Positions 29,327 through 44,686 of a DNA stretch of 64,000 nt are shown piece by piece (positions within the stretch are counted from its first letter, which is position 1; each line of letters begins with the position of its first letter). This DNA comes from Eledone cirrhosa (taxonomy: Eukaryota): NCBI GenBank assembly GCA_964016885.1, contig OZ024742.1, forward strand, positions 263,066,001-263,130,000. The letters are read 5' to 3'. A program made the position numbers and the translations under genes. The notes beneath the pieces are model-generated. The model saw nothing but the letters and a program-made list of their open reading frames with translations. It was not told the origin of the DNA and did no database searches.

Positions 29327-30632
29327 CAGGGTGTTCGGGATAAATTTGACAGTTTCATCAGGAAAAAGAAAAAGTGCTTGGTATCTACAAAATTTATTTG
29401 ATTTAAAAGAAATTCAATGGACAAGGAAATTACACTATTGTCAAAGAGTTTTACTCAAAATAACCGCCCTTAGCGTCTATTACAGCCTCAATCCGGGCCC
29501 GGAACCTGGAGCAAGCTGATTTTACACTTTCCCTGGGAAGGCCCTCAAAAACTACTTTAATTCTGTCGATTAACTGGGCTTTTGTAGTACTGGCACGGCG
29601 ATTGGTGTCTTTCTCTACAGCGCCCCATACATAATAGTCCATCGACTTAAGATCAGGGGAGTTCGGAGGCCAAACATTGGGACTGGTGTAGTCGTAAAAA
29701 TTGGCTGACAACCATTTTTGACTTTTCCCCGAGGTGTGGCAGGGGGCCGAATACTGCTGCCATACATACGGCCTATTATTGGCTACCCTTGTTATCCAGG
29801 GCTTAACTACAGTGGTTAGCAATTCCACGTAGGCATCTGAATTCAACCTGAGACCCTGTTTGAAAAAATGCGGAGGCATCACATCACCCTCGGAGGACAC
29901 ACATCCGAAAACCATGACAGTTTGGGGAAATTTAGTCTGCATGACTCGAGGAGTGTCCTTTGGACTGTATGCAAGTCATCTGTTATTCTGCGCGTTGTGT
30001 TTTTGATCTTGGCAAAAGTTTTTCTCATCGGAAAAGAACCAGATTGTTTGTGCTTCAGCAGGATGTTTCACTTTGCTCAGAAGTTTCTTCGCCTTTGTCA
30101 GACGATTTTCGCGGGCCTTTTCTGAGAGAAGTTGACCTCTGCGACGCTTGTATGAGTAGTAACGAAGGTCTTCATTGAGTGCAATTTTCATAGTAGAGGC
30201 TAAAACATTCAATTCACGCGACAAAGACCGAATTCCGATGCCAGGGTCCTCCAACACCTTTTTCTGCAGATTTTCGAGGAATTCTGCTGTGCGAGAGCAA
30301 TCAGATCTTCTGTTATGTTTCTTTCTTCTAGCCACAGCCTCGTAGTCTCCATTGCAATTATCCAGTTCATGCCGGATTGTTTTTACAGTGTTCAGGGAGC
30401 ATTGAGCAGCGACCATAATCTCCTTATTTTGATGGCCGGCGCGAATCATCATGATACAAGTTATTCTCTTCCATGATTCAGGTGGCTCCCAGTCATCCAT
30501 TCTCGTTGTCATCACATATATGAATGAAGGAGGGTTTAAACTTTCAAATAAAGCCTAGTGGGCATGAATGAATTTAAAACATCTGAAAAAACAACCAAAT
30601 ATTATTCTGTCAAATTTATCCCGAACACCCTG
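29327..30632 (-). mobile_element. Full-length Tc1/mariner transposon (DD37D/maT-like), 26-bp TIRs, TA target
   Basis: CAGGGTGTTCGGGATAAATTTGACAG at both ends, flanked by TA. Confidence 0.95.
29451..30515 (-). pseudogene. DD37D transposase with one in-frame stop and second catalytic D mutated to Y
   Basis: ORFs 30515-29976 and 29942-29451 in the same frame; FSDEK, QQYSAPCH, WPPNSPDLKSMDY with 37-residue spacing. Confidence 0.9.
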
Positions 30633-30670
<38 letters not shown>

Positions 30671-31097
30671 ATGTAGGAGGTGAGTTTTATTGTAGTACAA
30701 TAAAGCAATGCAGATATCGGATAAGAAGCACTCTACAGTTTGTGGGACTGGAGTATGCATAATATAAGATCAAAAGATGGTTAAAGGAGTTCCATATATT
30801 TTATTATGCGCATTTCAAAAACAAACATCATCAAACAATAATATTTGTGTTTTCATCAGATAAAACAGGAGAACATGATATGAAGGCTAAAAAACATTTG
30901 TTGATAGTGCAGTTTTAAATCAACATATATGTTGATTTAAAACTGCACTATCAACAAGTGTTTTTTAGCCTTCATATCATGTTCTCCTGTTTTATCTGAT
31001 GAAAACACAAATATTATTGTTTGATGATGTTTGTTTTTGAAATGCGCATAATAAAATATATGGAACTCCTTTAACCATCTTTTGATCTTATATTATG
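30671..31097 (-). mobile_element. Near-perfect about 170-bp-arm palindrome with two HHRs plus tail
   Basis: Centre about 30928; TTTTAT CTGATGA AAAC...GTTTTT GAAA TGCGCA TA ATAAAA at 30990-31056(+), mirror 30800-30866(-); tail 30671-30757. Confidence 0.85.
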
Positions 31098-31135
31098 TAT
31101 ATATATATATATGTATATATATATGTATATATATG

Positions 31136-31317
<182 letters not shown>

Positions 31318-31320
31318 TAT

Positions 31321-32318
31321 ATACATTTAGAAACACACAGATACATGCGGACATCCACATATATACATGAATGCATCCGCACCCAACTGTGAGTTAAGGG
31401 TGCCAACTTCACCGATGTTGCTCAATGAATGACTGGGACAGACCAATTCAGTTTGAACCAGACTGAACCAGTATCAGAGTTAAAAATACATTATGAAGAG
31501 AGAAGAAACATTTAGATATAATTAGTAATAAAATGTATCATACCTAAACTGTTCCTAAATTCCTCGACTACGTAGTTTCGTGGCATAAACAAAAACAATA
31601 TATCAAAGATATAGAGTCCTTGCGAGGTCTGCCGACTTATCAAGAGGATACCTCATTTTACTAGTCTCAAGAACGCGTCTACACGACGTGAGAAAGAATC
31701 CCAAAAGGCGGAGGGGGAGATAGTCACGCGATATAACGGTCCAGAAACAGAGCTAAGCCTCTTATAACCACGAAAAAAATACCACGGAGGCGGAGGGGGT
31801 ATTCATATCGAGGCCGTAGAAGAGGTAGTGAAGAAGGCGAGAAGTATGAGTAATGGAAGCTTTCCAGTTGTCCCCACACTTCAAAGATTGCTCGACCAGA
31901 GGGAGTTATTAATACATTTAGAAACACACAGATACATGCGGACACACACATATATACATGAATGCATCCGCACCCAACTGTGAGTTAAGGGTGCCAACTT
32001 CACCGATGTTGCTCAATGAATGACTGGGACAGACCAATTCAGTTTGAACCAGACTGAACCAGTATCAGAGTTAAAAATACATTATGAAGAGAGAAGAAAC
32101 ATTTAGATATAATTAGTAATAAAATGTATCATACCTAAACTGTTCCTAAATTCCTCGACTACGTAGTTTCGTGGCATAAACAAAAACAATATATCAAAGA
32201 TATAGAGTCCTTGCGAGGTCTGCCGACTCATCAAGAGGATACCTCACGAGGAATTTAGGAACAGTTTAGGTATGATACATTTTATTACTAATTATATCTA
32301 AATGCTTCTCTCTTCATA

Positions 32319-32322
<4 letters not shown>
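31321..32322 (-). mobile_element. 591-bp partial tandem element with variant-core HHRs and short inverted arm
   Basis: Units start 31321 and 31912; HHRs 31561-31648 (TTGATAA) and 32152-32239 (TTGATGA); 32247-32322 inverts about 31486-31566. Confidence 0.8.
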
Positions 32323-34090
<1,768 letters not shown>

Positions 34091-34523
34091 AGTGTATTTT
34101 GCAATACACTGTATGCTTAATTAAAAGCATTTCGAAGACCTTACGCTATTGTTTTCAGCAAATACCACTATATATACATTCATATATATATCGCTATTTC
34201 AGAGGACCAATTCTAATTTTCAATTTCTGCTTGACCGGCAACCGCTCTGTATAATCAGTTCCTGATTATTACTAGAATTCTATAAGAATCAAACATTCAT
34301 GATTTTCAGCAAACAGGCGGAGTACTTAGCTTTGATAAGCACCAAAAAGTGCGAAACAGAGCTCTGTCAGCTTTATCTCCCCTGTTAGCTGAAAATTAAA
34401 GTAAGTGAAACTGTCACTACTCTAAAACAATAGCGTAAGGTCTTCGAAATGCTTTTAATTAAGCATACAGTGTATTGCAAAATACACTATATATACATTC
34501 ATATATATATCGCTATTTCAGAG
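34091..34523 (+). mobile_element. Distant relative of the 310-bp retrozyme unit (about 1.1 unit plus inverted arm) with a different HHR
   Basis: Shares tcgctatttcagag, gaccggcaaccgctct and aggtcttc blocks; HHR 34328-34372 AGCT TTGATAA GCAC CAAAAA GTGC GAAA CAGAGCTCTG TC AGCT. Confidence 0.82.
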
Positions 34524-34603
34524 CACCAATTCTAATTTTCAAGTATATATATATGTATATATATATATATATATATATTATATATGTATATAATATGTAT
34601 ATA

Positions 34604-34654
<51 letters not shown>

Positions 34655-34666
34655 GTATATAATATG

Positions 34667-34721
<55 letters not shown>

Positions 34722-34843
34722 GTATATAATATGTATATATATATATATATGTGTGTATATATATATATATGTATATATATATATGTATATATATATATAT
34801 AAGTGTATATATGTATATATATATATATATGTATATATATATG

Positions 34844-34892
<49 letters not shown>

Positions 34893-34909
34893 GTATATAT
34901 ATATATATG

Positions 34910-34940
<31 letters not shown>

Positions 34941-34949
34941 GTATATATA

Positions 34950-34982
<33 letters not shown>

Positions 34983-35138
34983 ATATATGTATATATATAT
35001 ATATATATGTATATAATATGTATATATATATATATGTATATATATGTATATACTATGTTTATATATATATATGTATATATATATGTATATATGTATATAT
35101 ATGTATATATATATATATATGTATATATATGTATATAT

Positions 35139-35169
<31 letters not shown>

Positions 35170-35810
35170 AAATAAAGTTAAATAAAAGTCAAATGATTAA
35201 AATTTAGCTTCGTTTATTACTGCTATATATATTTCAGTGACAGCCATCTTTGGCTGTGACCTCTTCAGGCAGTTTGAATTAGTATGGTATAGACAAGTAC
35301 ATATGTTGTTTAGGTGTATGATATTGTCAATACTCTGATATGCCCAGTTCCTTGTTGGGTTGTTAATTCACTGGGGAACTGGAGTCATATGAATTCAAAC
35401 AAACGAATTTTAGTGTCACAGGTCCCCTTCTCCTCTCATTGGTCAGTTATTAGTGTTGTCATTGTTGGAGTTAGCTTAAAAATTGATAAAATGGTAGAAG
35501 GGACAAGGTGTTGAAGGAACAAAATATCAAAAAATGTGTCAAACTTCCCATTGTTCAGTTCTGAGAGCATTCCTCAGTCAGAAGTCTATAGAATTCTTTC
35601 TGGGGTGAGGCTCCCTGTAGTGTTTATGCCTGCTATTGTTCAGTACATTTGACCTCCACCATTATTTTGGTACTGTTGTTGTTGTAGTGGTCAGCTTATA
35701 TCTTGCTGCTGCTAACAATTTAGAAGTATTCAGTTTGTGTTTTCTCTTCATCCCACCCGCCACCATCGTAGTGGTGGTGGCGGGGGGGGGGGGTTATTTC
35801 ATGTATATGA

Positions 35811-37348
35811 ACCAGGGGCTCAGCATAGAAATAGACCCAAATAGGAAGGTAGTTAACTTCCTAGACACCACCCTAAACCTGAACACCGAGCAATACTACC
35901 CCTACCACAAGCCCAACGAGAAACTAGTATATGTTAACGCCAAATCAAACCACCCTAGATCCATAACCAAGGCAGTGGTGAAGAGTGTCTCGGACAGGAT
36001 CTCCAGCCTGTCCGCAAGTAAGGAAATATTCAACAACCACGCGGAATATTACAACGCAGCTCTAAAGAAGGCGGCACATGGACAAACTATAACATATAGT
36101 CCGAAAAGCCGGGAGGTGGATAGCCCAACAGACACCCACAACCGCGTTACCAGAGGGGGGAGGGCGAACCCTAACAATACAGGCAGAGCAAAATCAAATA
36201 GGCACCATGTACCAGACACCACCACACGGGCGGTGGGGACTAGTGCGCTTGACCACGAGATGGAGCACAATATGAGTAGCAGTCTCAGGCGTGATGCTAA
36301 CTACCCCAGGACGGACAACCCCAACCGCAGGACACGTGGGGGGGGGGGGGAGGAAACGGGCGACCACCCCACGATGGATCTCCCGGGGCAGACAACAACC
36401 ACCCCACAAATCCGGGCCGTGAAGATAACAGAAAGTATAGAGCCCAAAAGGGAAGCAACAGTGCGGAAACCAACAAATCTCCAACAAATCACGAAGCCCC
36501 CAACCCACACATATAGGAGGAGACACCGACAAATCACGTGGTACAACCCACCCTACTCAGCGGCCCTAAAGAAAAGCTTGGCCCGATTGTTCTTTGGAGC
36601 ACTTGACAAATGCTTCCCGAGGGACCACAGATACCACAGGATCTTCAACAGACACACTGTGAAGCTTTCGTATTCCACCACGAGAAATTTGGCCCAACAC
36701 ATAGCTAGCATCAACAGAAGTAGGCTTAAAAACCACACACAACCAGAAGATGGCAATACAAACACTCAGCAGCAGAACCATGTGAAAGGAGGGAAGGGGG
36801 GACCCAGAGCCCACCCAAGAAACACAAACAGACCCAAGGACCCCCCACCGAGCATGGGGGAAGACCAACATGTAACACACAATGAGAACCCTAATCTAAG
36901 AACGCAGAGGCCGCCCACCCTCTGCAACTGTAGAAACCCCGAATCATGCCCCCTTGGTAATGAATGTCTCAAGAAGAACATAGTGTACGGTTGTAGGGTT
37001 AAAACCCCCAACCCCGAACACCTCTACATAGGAGCCACATCAACGAGCTTTAAGGACCGCTGGTACAACCATCGCCATTCATTCAAGAAGGAGGCCAAAA
37101 GGAAAAGCACAGCTCTCTCCGACCTGATCTGGAAGCTTAAGCTGGACAAGACCCCATACTCTCTGGCCTGGTACATAATCAGGAAAGTACCACCCGATAA
37201 AGGGGGATCTTGCATATGCAAACTATGCCTGAACGAGACCCTCGAGATACTAAGAGGTGGAAGCGGCCTGATAAACCTCAGAACCGACTTCTTCGGGACA
37301 TGCAGACACCTTAGAGCCGGGACCTTTCTCAAAATATATGGACAGTAG
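35811..37348 (+). CDS. PLE polyprotein C-terminal half: RT end/thumb, long linker, Cys-rich GIY-YIG endonuclease (first about 58 aa of the listed ORF come from the inverted arm)
   Basis: VNFLDTTL, YHKP, YVNAKSNHP, WYNPPYS, VKLSYS, CNCRNPESCPLGNEC..NIVY...YIG...FKDRWYNH, CKLCLNE, GTCRH; uninterrupted frame. Confidence 0.88.
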
Positions 37349-37841
37349 CAACACAAGAAGATGTGAACTCCCCTCAAGCTATAGGGACTTCTACAGAACA
37401 TGAAAACACCTCTCGGCCAGACCTCCCTCAAGCTATATGGACAATTACAACACCCTAGGTTGTGAACTCCCCTCAAGCCATAGGGAACAACCCAGGCGGA
37501 GCAGACACCATGATAGCCTAGAGACAGAATCGGACACAGCCATAATAATCTGGCCAACATCTATAACACAAACACTTTTAATTTACCAGATTTCTGACTT
37601 TAAAGTTCCAATCTTAAATCTTGATTTCTCTATATTAATTTGTTATTTGTTTTCTGCCCTCTTCACTGTATAACCTTATATTTATATTTATTTTAAGTTG
37701 AGATAGATTATAACACAAACACATTGAATATCTCATCTTAACATCTTGTATCATACCAATCTATCCAACATATTCTGACCTTGAGATTGGTTATAGCACA
37801 CACACACACACACTTTATCCTACATTATTTCTCACTTCTCC

Positions 37842-38021
37842 GTGGATTAGCAGTATCGGTAGAGGGTCGGACGCCATGCTTTCCAGCATAGTTACGTCCC
37901 TTTACGATCTGAGTTCAAATCCCGCCGAGGTTGACTTTGCCTTTCATCCTTGCGGGGTCGATAAAATAAAGTACCAGTAATGTACTGGATAATTGCTGGC
38001 CTTGTGCCAAAGGTAGAAACA
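37842..38021 (+). mobile_element. tRNA-derived SINE inserted in the PLE 3' UTR, 18-bp TSD
   Basis: Same family as 4880; TSD ATTATTTCTCACTTCTCC at 37824-37841 and 38022-38039. Confidence 0.88.
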
Positions 38022-38758
38022 ATTATTTCTCACTTCTCCATATACATTATCATTACTTTTTCACCAATCTCTCATTTACTCTTTATTCTTTATTCTCTAT
38101 TTATTTATTTATTTTCAAATTACACAAATTATATTAATTATTTTATTTTATTATATTATTTTATTTTATTATATTATTTATTTATCTTCTGTTTTCTTCA
38201 TTTATTGCCTTATATTTCTTCATATACATGAAATACCCCCCCCCCCCCCCGCCACCACCACTACGATGGTGGCGGGTGGGATGAAGAGAAAACACAAACT
38301 GAATACTTCTAAATTGTTAGCAGCAGCAAGATATAAGCTGACCACTACAACAACAACAGTACCAAAATAATGGTGGAGGTCAAATGTACTGAACAATAGC
38401 AGGCATAAACACTACAGGGAGCCTCACCCCAGAAAGAATTCTATAGACTTCTGACTGAGGAATGCTCTCAGAACTGAACAATGGGAAGTTTGACACATTT
38501 TTTGATATTTTGTTCCTTCAACACCTTGTCCCTTCTACCATTTTATCAATTTTTAAGCTAACTCCAACAATGACAACACTAATAACTGACCAATGAGAGG
38601 AGAAGGGGACCTGTGACACTAAAATTCGTTTGTTTGAATTCATATGACTCCAGTTCCCCAGTGAATTAACAACCCAACAAGGAACTGGGCATATCAGAGT
38701 ATTGACAATATCATACACCTAAACAACATATGTACTTGTCTATACCATACTAATTCAA

Positions 38759-38813
38759 ACTGCCTGAAGAGGTCACAGCCAAAGATGGCTGTCACTGAAA
38801 TATATATAGCAGT
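38759..38813 (+). ncRNA. PLE pseudo-LTR hammerhead ribozyme
   Basis: ACTGC CTGAAGA GGTCACAGCC AAAGAT GGCTGTCACT GAAA TATATA TA GCAGT followed by AATAAA. Confidence 0.85.
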
Positions 38814-38944
38814 AATAAACGAAGCTAAATTTTAATCATTTGACTTTTATTTTACACTACTCCGGAGTAACCAAACCAACCTGCGCACTTCGTCGAGTGC
38901 TCCAGCCTGCATACTGAGGTGTTGGTATACAACCAACATAAACT

Positions 38945-39027
<83 letters not shown>

Positions 39028-39274
39028 GATATAGATAGGTAAATATACACGGGTGTGTATGATTGTGTATAGAAGATTATATTAATAAGAGGAATTCCAA
39101 CTTTGTCTGATTTACTCGTTTTATTTACAATCCTTTAAAATATATAATGGTATTATAATGAAATAGTATGATAGAATATTAAATTCTAAGTGTTAATTGA
39201 ACAAGTACTTTCATGCTTTCGCAATCTTCAGGTTCATAATATGTGGTGACAGTCGAGTTTGCAATTTTCAACTG

Positions 39275-39329
<55 letters not shown>

Positions 39330-39350
39330 GTATATATATATATATGTATG

Positions 39351-39425
<75 letters not shown>

Positions 39426-39530
39426 GTATGTATATATATATATGTATATATATATGTATATATGTATATATATATATATGTATATATATATATGTTTATA
39501 TATATAAGTATATATATATATATATATATA

Positions 39531-40746
39531 GTTTTGCGAGGTTTTTGATATGAAATCGTGTGTCGAAACAAATATTGTTATACTTGGGGAGGCGTCATAT
39601 TTGTGTAATATTGCCAGAATTAATAACCGAACACACTCACTGTTTGGTTAGTTTTCGCTTTTCGCTTCTGTGTCTTTTATATCGGTTAATTTAATTTATT
39701 CGGTCCTCAATGTTGCCATTGACTGACCAACGGTCAAAAATACAGATACAATATAGACACAAACACATATATATAGTCTATCAAAGTTCTTTCGTTGCAC
39801 ATCAGCAACATCGTCAGTGGTGCTATTGTTTCCTCCCGTTGCATTGTATGCTTACGCCATCTTTATTTAGTCTGTTTATATATTTATTTATTTGTTTATT
39901 TTTTGTCTCCTTTGCGCATGCGTTTGCGTGTATGTATAGTGTTTTGTTTGATGTGTGTTCGTGTTTGGGTGAGTGTGTATTGGTTAACGTATTCTATCTT
40001 CACTAGTGTGTGTTTATATGTGTTTGTTGTTATTGTGCTTGTGTATGTATTTATTTATTTATCTATCTATTTATTTATTTATACTTCTCTTAGGTCAGTG
40101 TTGTTTGTTTGGGTGTTGTTGTTTTTCCATTCATTTTTTTCTGAAAAAATGAATGGAATAACAACCCCAAACATTTCAGAAAAAATGAATGGAACAACAA
40201 CACCCAAACAAACAACACTGACCTAAGAGAAGTATAAATAAAGAAATAAATAGATAGATAAATAAATAAATACATACACAAGCACAATAACAACAAACAC
40301 ATATAAACACACACTAGTAAAGATAGAATACATTAACCAATACACACTCACCCAAACACGAACACACATCAAACAAAACACTATACACACACGCAAACGC
40401 ATGCGCAAAGGAGACAAAAAAATAAACAAATAAATAAATATATAAACAGACTAAATAAAGATGGCGTAAGCATACAATGCAACGGGAGGAAACAATAGCA
40501 CCACTGACGATGTTGCAGATGTGCAACGAAAGAACTTCGATAGACTATATATATGTGTTTGTGTCTATATTGTATCTGTATTTTTGACCGTTGGTCAGTC
40601 AATGGCAACATTGAGGACCGAATAAATTAGATTACCGATATAAAAGACACAGAAGCGAAAAGCGAAAACCAACCAAACAGTGAGTGTGTTCTGTTATTAA
40701 TTCTGGCAATATTTCACAAATATGACCCTCCCCAAGTATAACAATA
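39531..40746 (-). mobile_element. About 1.2-kb palindromic PLE derivative (about 570-bp arms) related to family B
   Basis: Arms about 39572-40140 and 40180-40746; HHR CTGACGA T GTTGCA GATG TGCAAC GAAA GAAC TT at 40500-40541(+) and 39779-39821(-); tail similar to 18486. Confidence 0.85.
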
Positions 40747-40811
40747 TATATATATATATATACGTATATATATATATATATATGTGTATATATATATATG
40801 TATACATATTT

Positions 40812-41556
40812 TAAGACACCCTAACGTGAAAATGTTGGCCAATAAATGGAACAAGTTGTGTTGTAAAAGATTGCATGAGAACTTGATAGAAGCCACCATT
40901 ACATTCGGGGCTTACAAAGGCTCTTCTCATTCCGAGGATTCCACTTATACCAAGTGATAGCGAGTTGCCTTTTACATTTAAGAGGCTGCAGTTCCCAGTG
41001 AAGCCATGCTTTGCTATGAGTATCAATAAGAGTCAAGGTCAAACTTTCAAAACTATTGGTATATATCTGACAAACCCATGTTTCAGTCATGGCATGTTTT
41101 ATGTGGCTGTTTCAAGGACTGGAACTTGAAAAAATCTCTACATTTTAGCCAATCAAAGAAAGACAAGAAATGTTGTTTACCCTGAATTTCTTCATCAGGA
41201 CAAAGTATGAAATATATGTTCATGTATTAATTATGTTAAAAGATAAATAATTAAATTTGGATTTCTAATTTGAAAATAATGCTTTACACAAAAATAAAAT
41301 GATCAAATTTTCTATTCATATTTTGAAAAAAATTATTTACAAGAAACAAAATAAGAATAAGATTTGATAATGTAATTTTGATTTGATATATTACAAAAAA
41401 TAATATTTTCCAATTTTTCATGCATTACATTTTACATTGAGTAATATTGAAATGCAGCGTTTTTCTCCATAAATGATATCACTGATTTAAAATCAATCAT
41501 CATTTTCTTACAAAAAAAATGTGTGAAACATAGCAAGGCGCGGGTAATTTAGCTCG
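40812..41556 (+). mobile_element. Helitron 3' fragment with PIF1 helicase remnant (not in the ORF track)
   Basis: Plus-strand translation LLIPRIPLIPSDSELPFTFKRLQFPVKPCFAMSINKSQGQTFK...FSHGMFYVAVSR...TRNVVYPE; end gcaaggcgcgggtaatttagCTCG|T. Confidence 0.85.
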
Positions 41557-41604
41557 TATGTATATATATGTATGTATATATATATATATATAAGTATATA
41601 TATA

Positions 41605-41775
<171 letters not shown>

Positions 41776-41776
41776 G

Positions 41777-41807
<31 letters not shown>

Positions 41808-42139
41808 GTACGTATGGATTCACCGAACATTTATTATAATGCCCGATACATATATATATGTATATATATGTATATATATATGTATTTATATGTATATATA
41901 TATGTATTTATATATGTATATATATATGTATTTATATATATATATATATGTATGTATATATGTATGTGTAATATGTATTTATGTTTGTGTGTGTTTACGT
42001 TGGTATCTGTCTATGTCCCGCAGAACTTAGTGGCTTGACAAAAAGTAGTGGGAATCAATGCGATTGGCCAAATTAAGGTAGTGTCCTAGCTTGCTCGCAG
42101 TTCACTGACTAAAACAAGTAAAAGAATATATGCACATCG

Positions 42140-42140
<1 letters not shown>

Positions 42141-42215
<75 letters not shown>

Positions 42216-42398
42216 ACACTCACACACACACACATATACAAAGACAGACTGACAGACACACACACATACACACATACCTACATACATACATACATACATA
42301 CATACATACATGCATGCATGCATACATACATACATACATACATACATACATACATACATACATACATACATACATACATACATACATACATACATACA
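42141..42398. repeat. (CA)n and (CATA)n microsatellites
   Basis: Direct reading. Confidence 0.95.
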
Positions 42399-43660
42399 TG
42401 TTTATATGTTGCCTTTCGGGATAAATTTGAATTTCAACTGACAAACCAGTTTGCTACTGACCGTTCGGTTTAATTGTTTAATACACTTTAGGAGATCAGC
42501 TGTCAACCCCTTCTCTCACGCATCGTGTAGGGAGACGGAAGTGGAGGCGAAATAATATTAGGTGGTGTGGTAGAGGAGTTGGGAACGTGAATAGGGAGGT
42601 GGTTTCTAGCGACTAAAGTGTTGGGTATAAAGAGGGGTTCCAAGCGACGCGAACGCAGACAAAGACGTCTCTCTTTATAGTTGTGTAGTGCAGGGAGATT
42701 TGAGTAAGAAGTGATGTTGACAGTGTTGGCGTTCGTAACAGAAGTGTTTGTCTAATAAATGGTGAGGGTGGAGGCTCCGACGGCAAATACATGCTGTTGG
42801 CAGAGGTGTTGACGCTTTTGAAAGTAGTGGTGATCATGATGGTAGTGTAATGCTAGAGGAGTGAGAAATGAAGGTGCAAGATGAGCTGGCGGCACTATTA
42901 CACTACCACTATACCACACTATCACGAGCCAAACGAGGGTAGCCTTTGTGTTATTGGACCTGGTAGATATAGTAGTCAAGTCACCATTAAATTATACCTT
43001 GCCGTCTTAGAAGAAGAAAGAAAAAAAAAAAAAAAACTACATTAAATTACAAAGGCTTAGATGTCCGCAAAAAAACTGGATAGTCATGGTTGGAATGCTT
43101 TAGAACGTAGGTTTGTGTTAACAGAGCTAACTCTGGGTTAAACAATAACCATCATTAGTTCTGTTACCATCATCACCACCGTCATCAACTATCGAGAGAA
43201 TAAACAACAATAAATTATGGTGTATGTTAAAAATATTGACAATGTAGTTACCACCACCACACTACTAGTTATCGCCGCCGCCAACATTGTCGCCATCACG
43301 CCAACAATATGATATACATCAATACTAATAATATAACATCTTCATCACTACTGCAGCTGCTGCGAGGTTCAAATCATGGACGCCCCTCTCTTCTATCTGG
43401 TTTTATTGTCTTTCTTTTTAAAACGGTCTTCGGATGGTTTGAACGTCAAATTTTCTTGATAAAAATTTGTTTCATTTCTTTTTTCTTTTCTTTTTTTCTT
43501 TTTTGACAAAAAGTGTTCCCTAAATCCATTTCTATTGTTTCAATGTCTCGATTGTTTTCTGACGATTCAAAATGGCTACTCCACTAAAGGAGATATTAAT
43601 GTAGTCCTTTACGTGGTTCTGCACTTTTAAACACATATTTACAAACGACAAGTTGACCCT

Positions 43661-43758
<98 letters not shown>

Positions 43759-44570
43759 CCTGTCGTTGCAACTATTTCAAATGCATCTTGAAGGGGATTA
43801 TTTGGTGATGTTCATAATGGAAAAAGACTATTTTTCTGCGAAGCAACACATTTATTGAAAAATCGAAATTAAGTGTTTGGCGTATTATTTCAAATAGTAT
43901 TGGGATGTATATATGGTATCCCAGTGACCGATTCTTTGTCACTGAATAGGTAATGGTACTGAAGCAGCTATTCAATGGTATCGGTGCTGTAGTAATACTG
44001 GTTCCATAATTTCTTCACAAGAAAGATAGCAACTAAGTGGCCCCGACCATAAGGTTCAAACATACAAATAGACTTTAAACAGAGACTTTAAACAAATTTG
44101 GATCGAAAAAGAAAATGTATCCAATCCCACAACAATAAGTGATCATGGAACCTGCGATTATTGATAACGTTGCCACAATCTGGCCAGCCTTGTGAATCAT
44201 ATGCATGCACCAGTAAATGTTGAAGCTTTATTCTGGATGTGCATTAATGGAAGGATCAAGTGTATATTAGGTTCAACTGGCAATATGAAGTGGTTATATA
44301 TATTGGGGAGTTGAAATACAATATTTGATAAAGCTATCGTAAATTATGAAGTTTATGAAGTTTATGAGATGTATTTGCTGATATCAGTCTTCAAAAATGT
44401 GTACATTTTATATAGCGTGCTTTATATTTGTTTATTATTTTATATAGTATGTTTTGAATTTGTTTATTTTTTTCTTCTTATTTGTATAACATGTTCAAAA
44501 GCATATCTATACCAAAAGTCAGTATCCAAATAAAAGAAAAGTTAAAGAAAGATATATCAACCGAAATTCT

Positions 44571-44596
44571 GCTACTACTACTACTATTACTACTAT

Positions 44597-44686
<90 letters not shown>

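Larger units (their letters stand above)
35180..38946 (+). mobile_element. 5'-truncated Penelope-like retroelement (Naiad-like) with about 630-bp inverted pseudo-LTR and 3' tail, inserted in (TA)n
   Basis: Arms 35180-35810 and 38220-38853 nearly identical; tail 38854-38946; HHRs 35219-35273(-) and 38759-38813(+). Confidence 0.92.

Noticed and set aside
35636-35810. Hydrophobic signal or TM-like N-terminus of the 570-aa ORF
   Set aside because: Antisense read-through of the inverted pseudo-LTR fused to a truncated PLE ORF
42615-42670. TATA-box promoter GGGTATAAAGAGGGG
   Set aside because: No downstream gene or LTR partner; such motifs arise by chance
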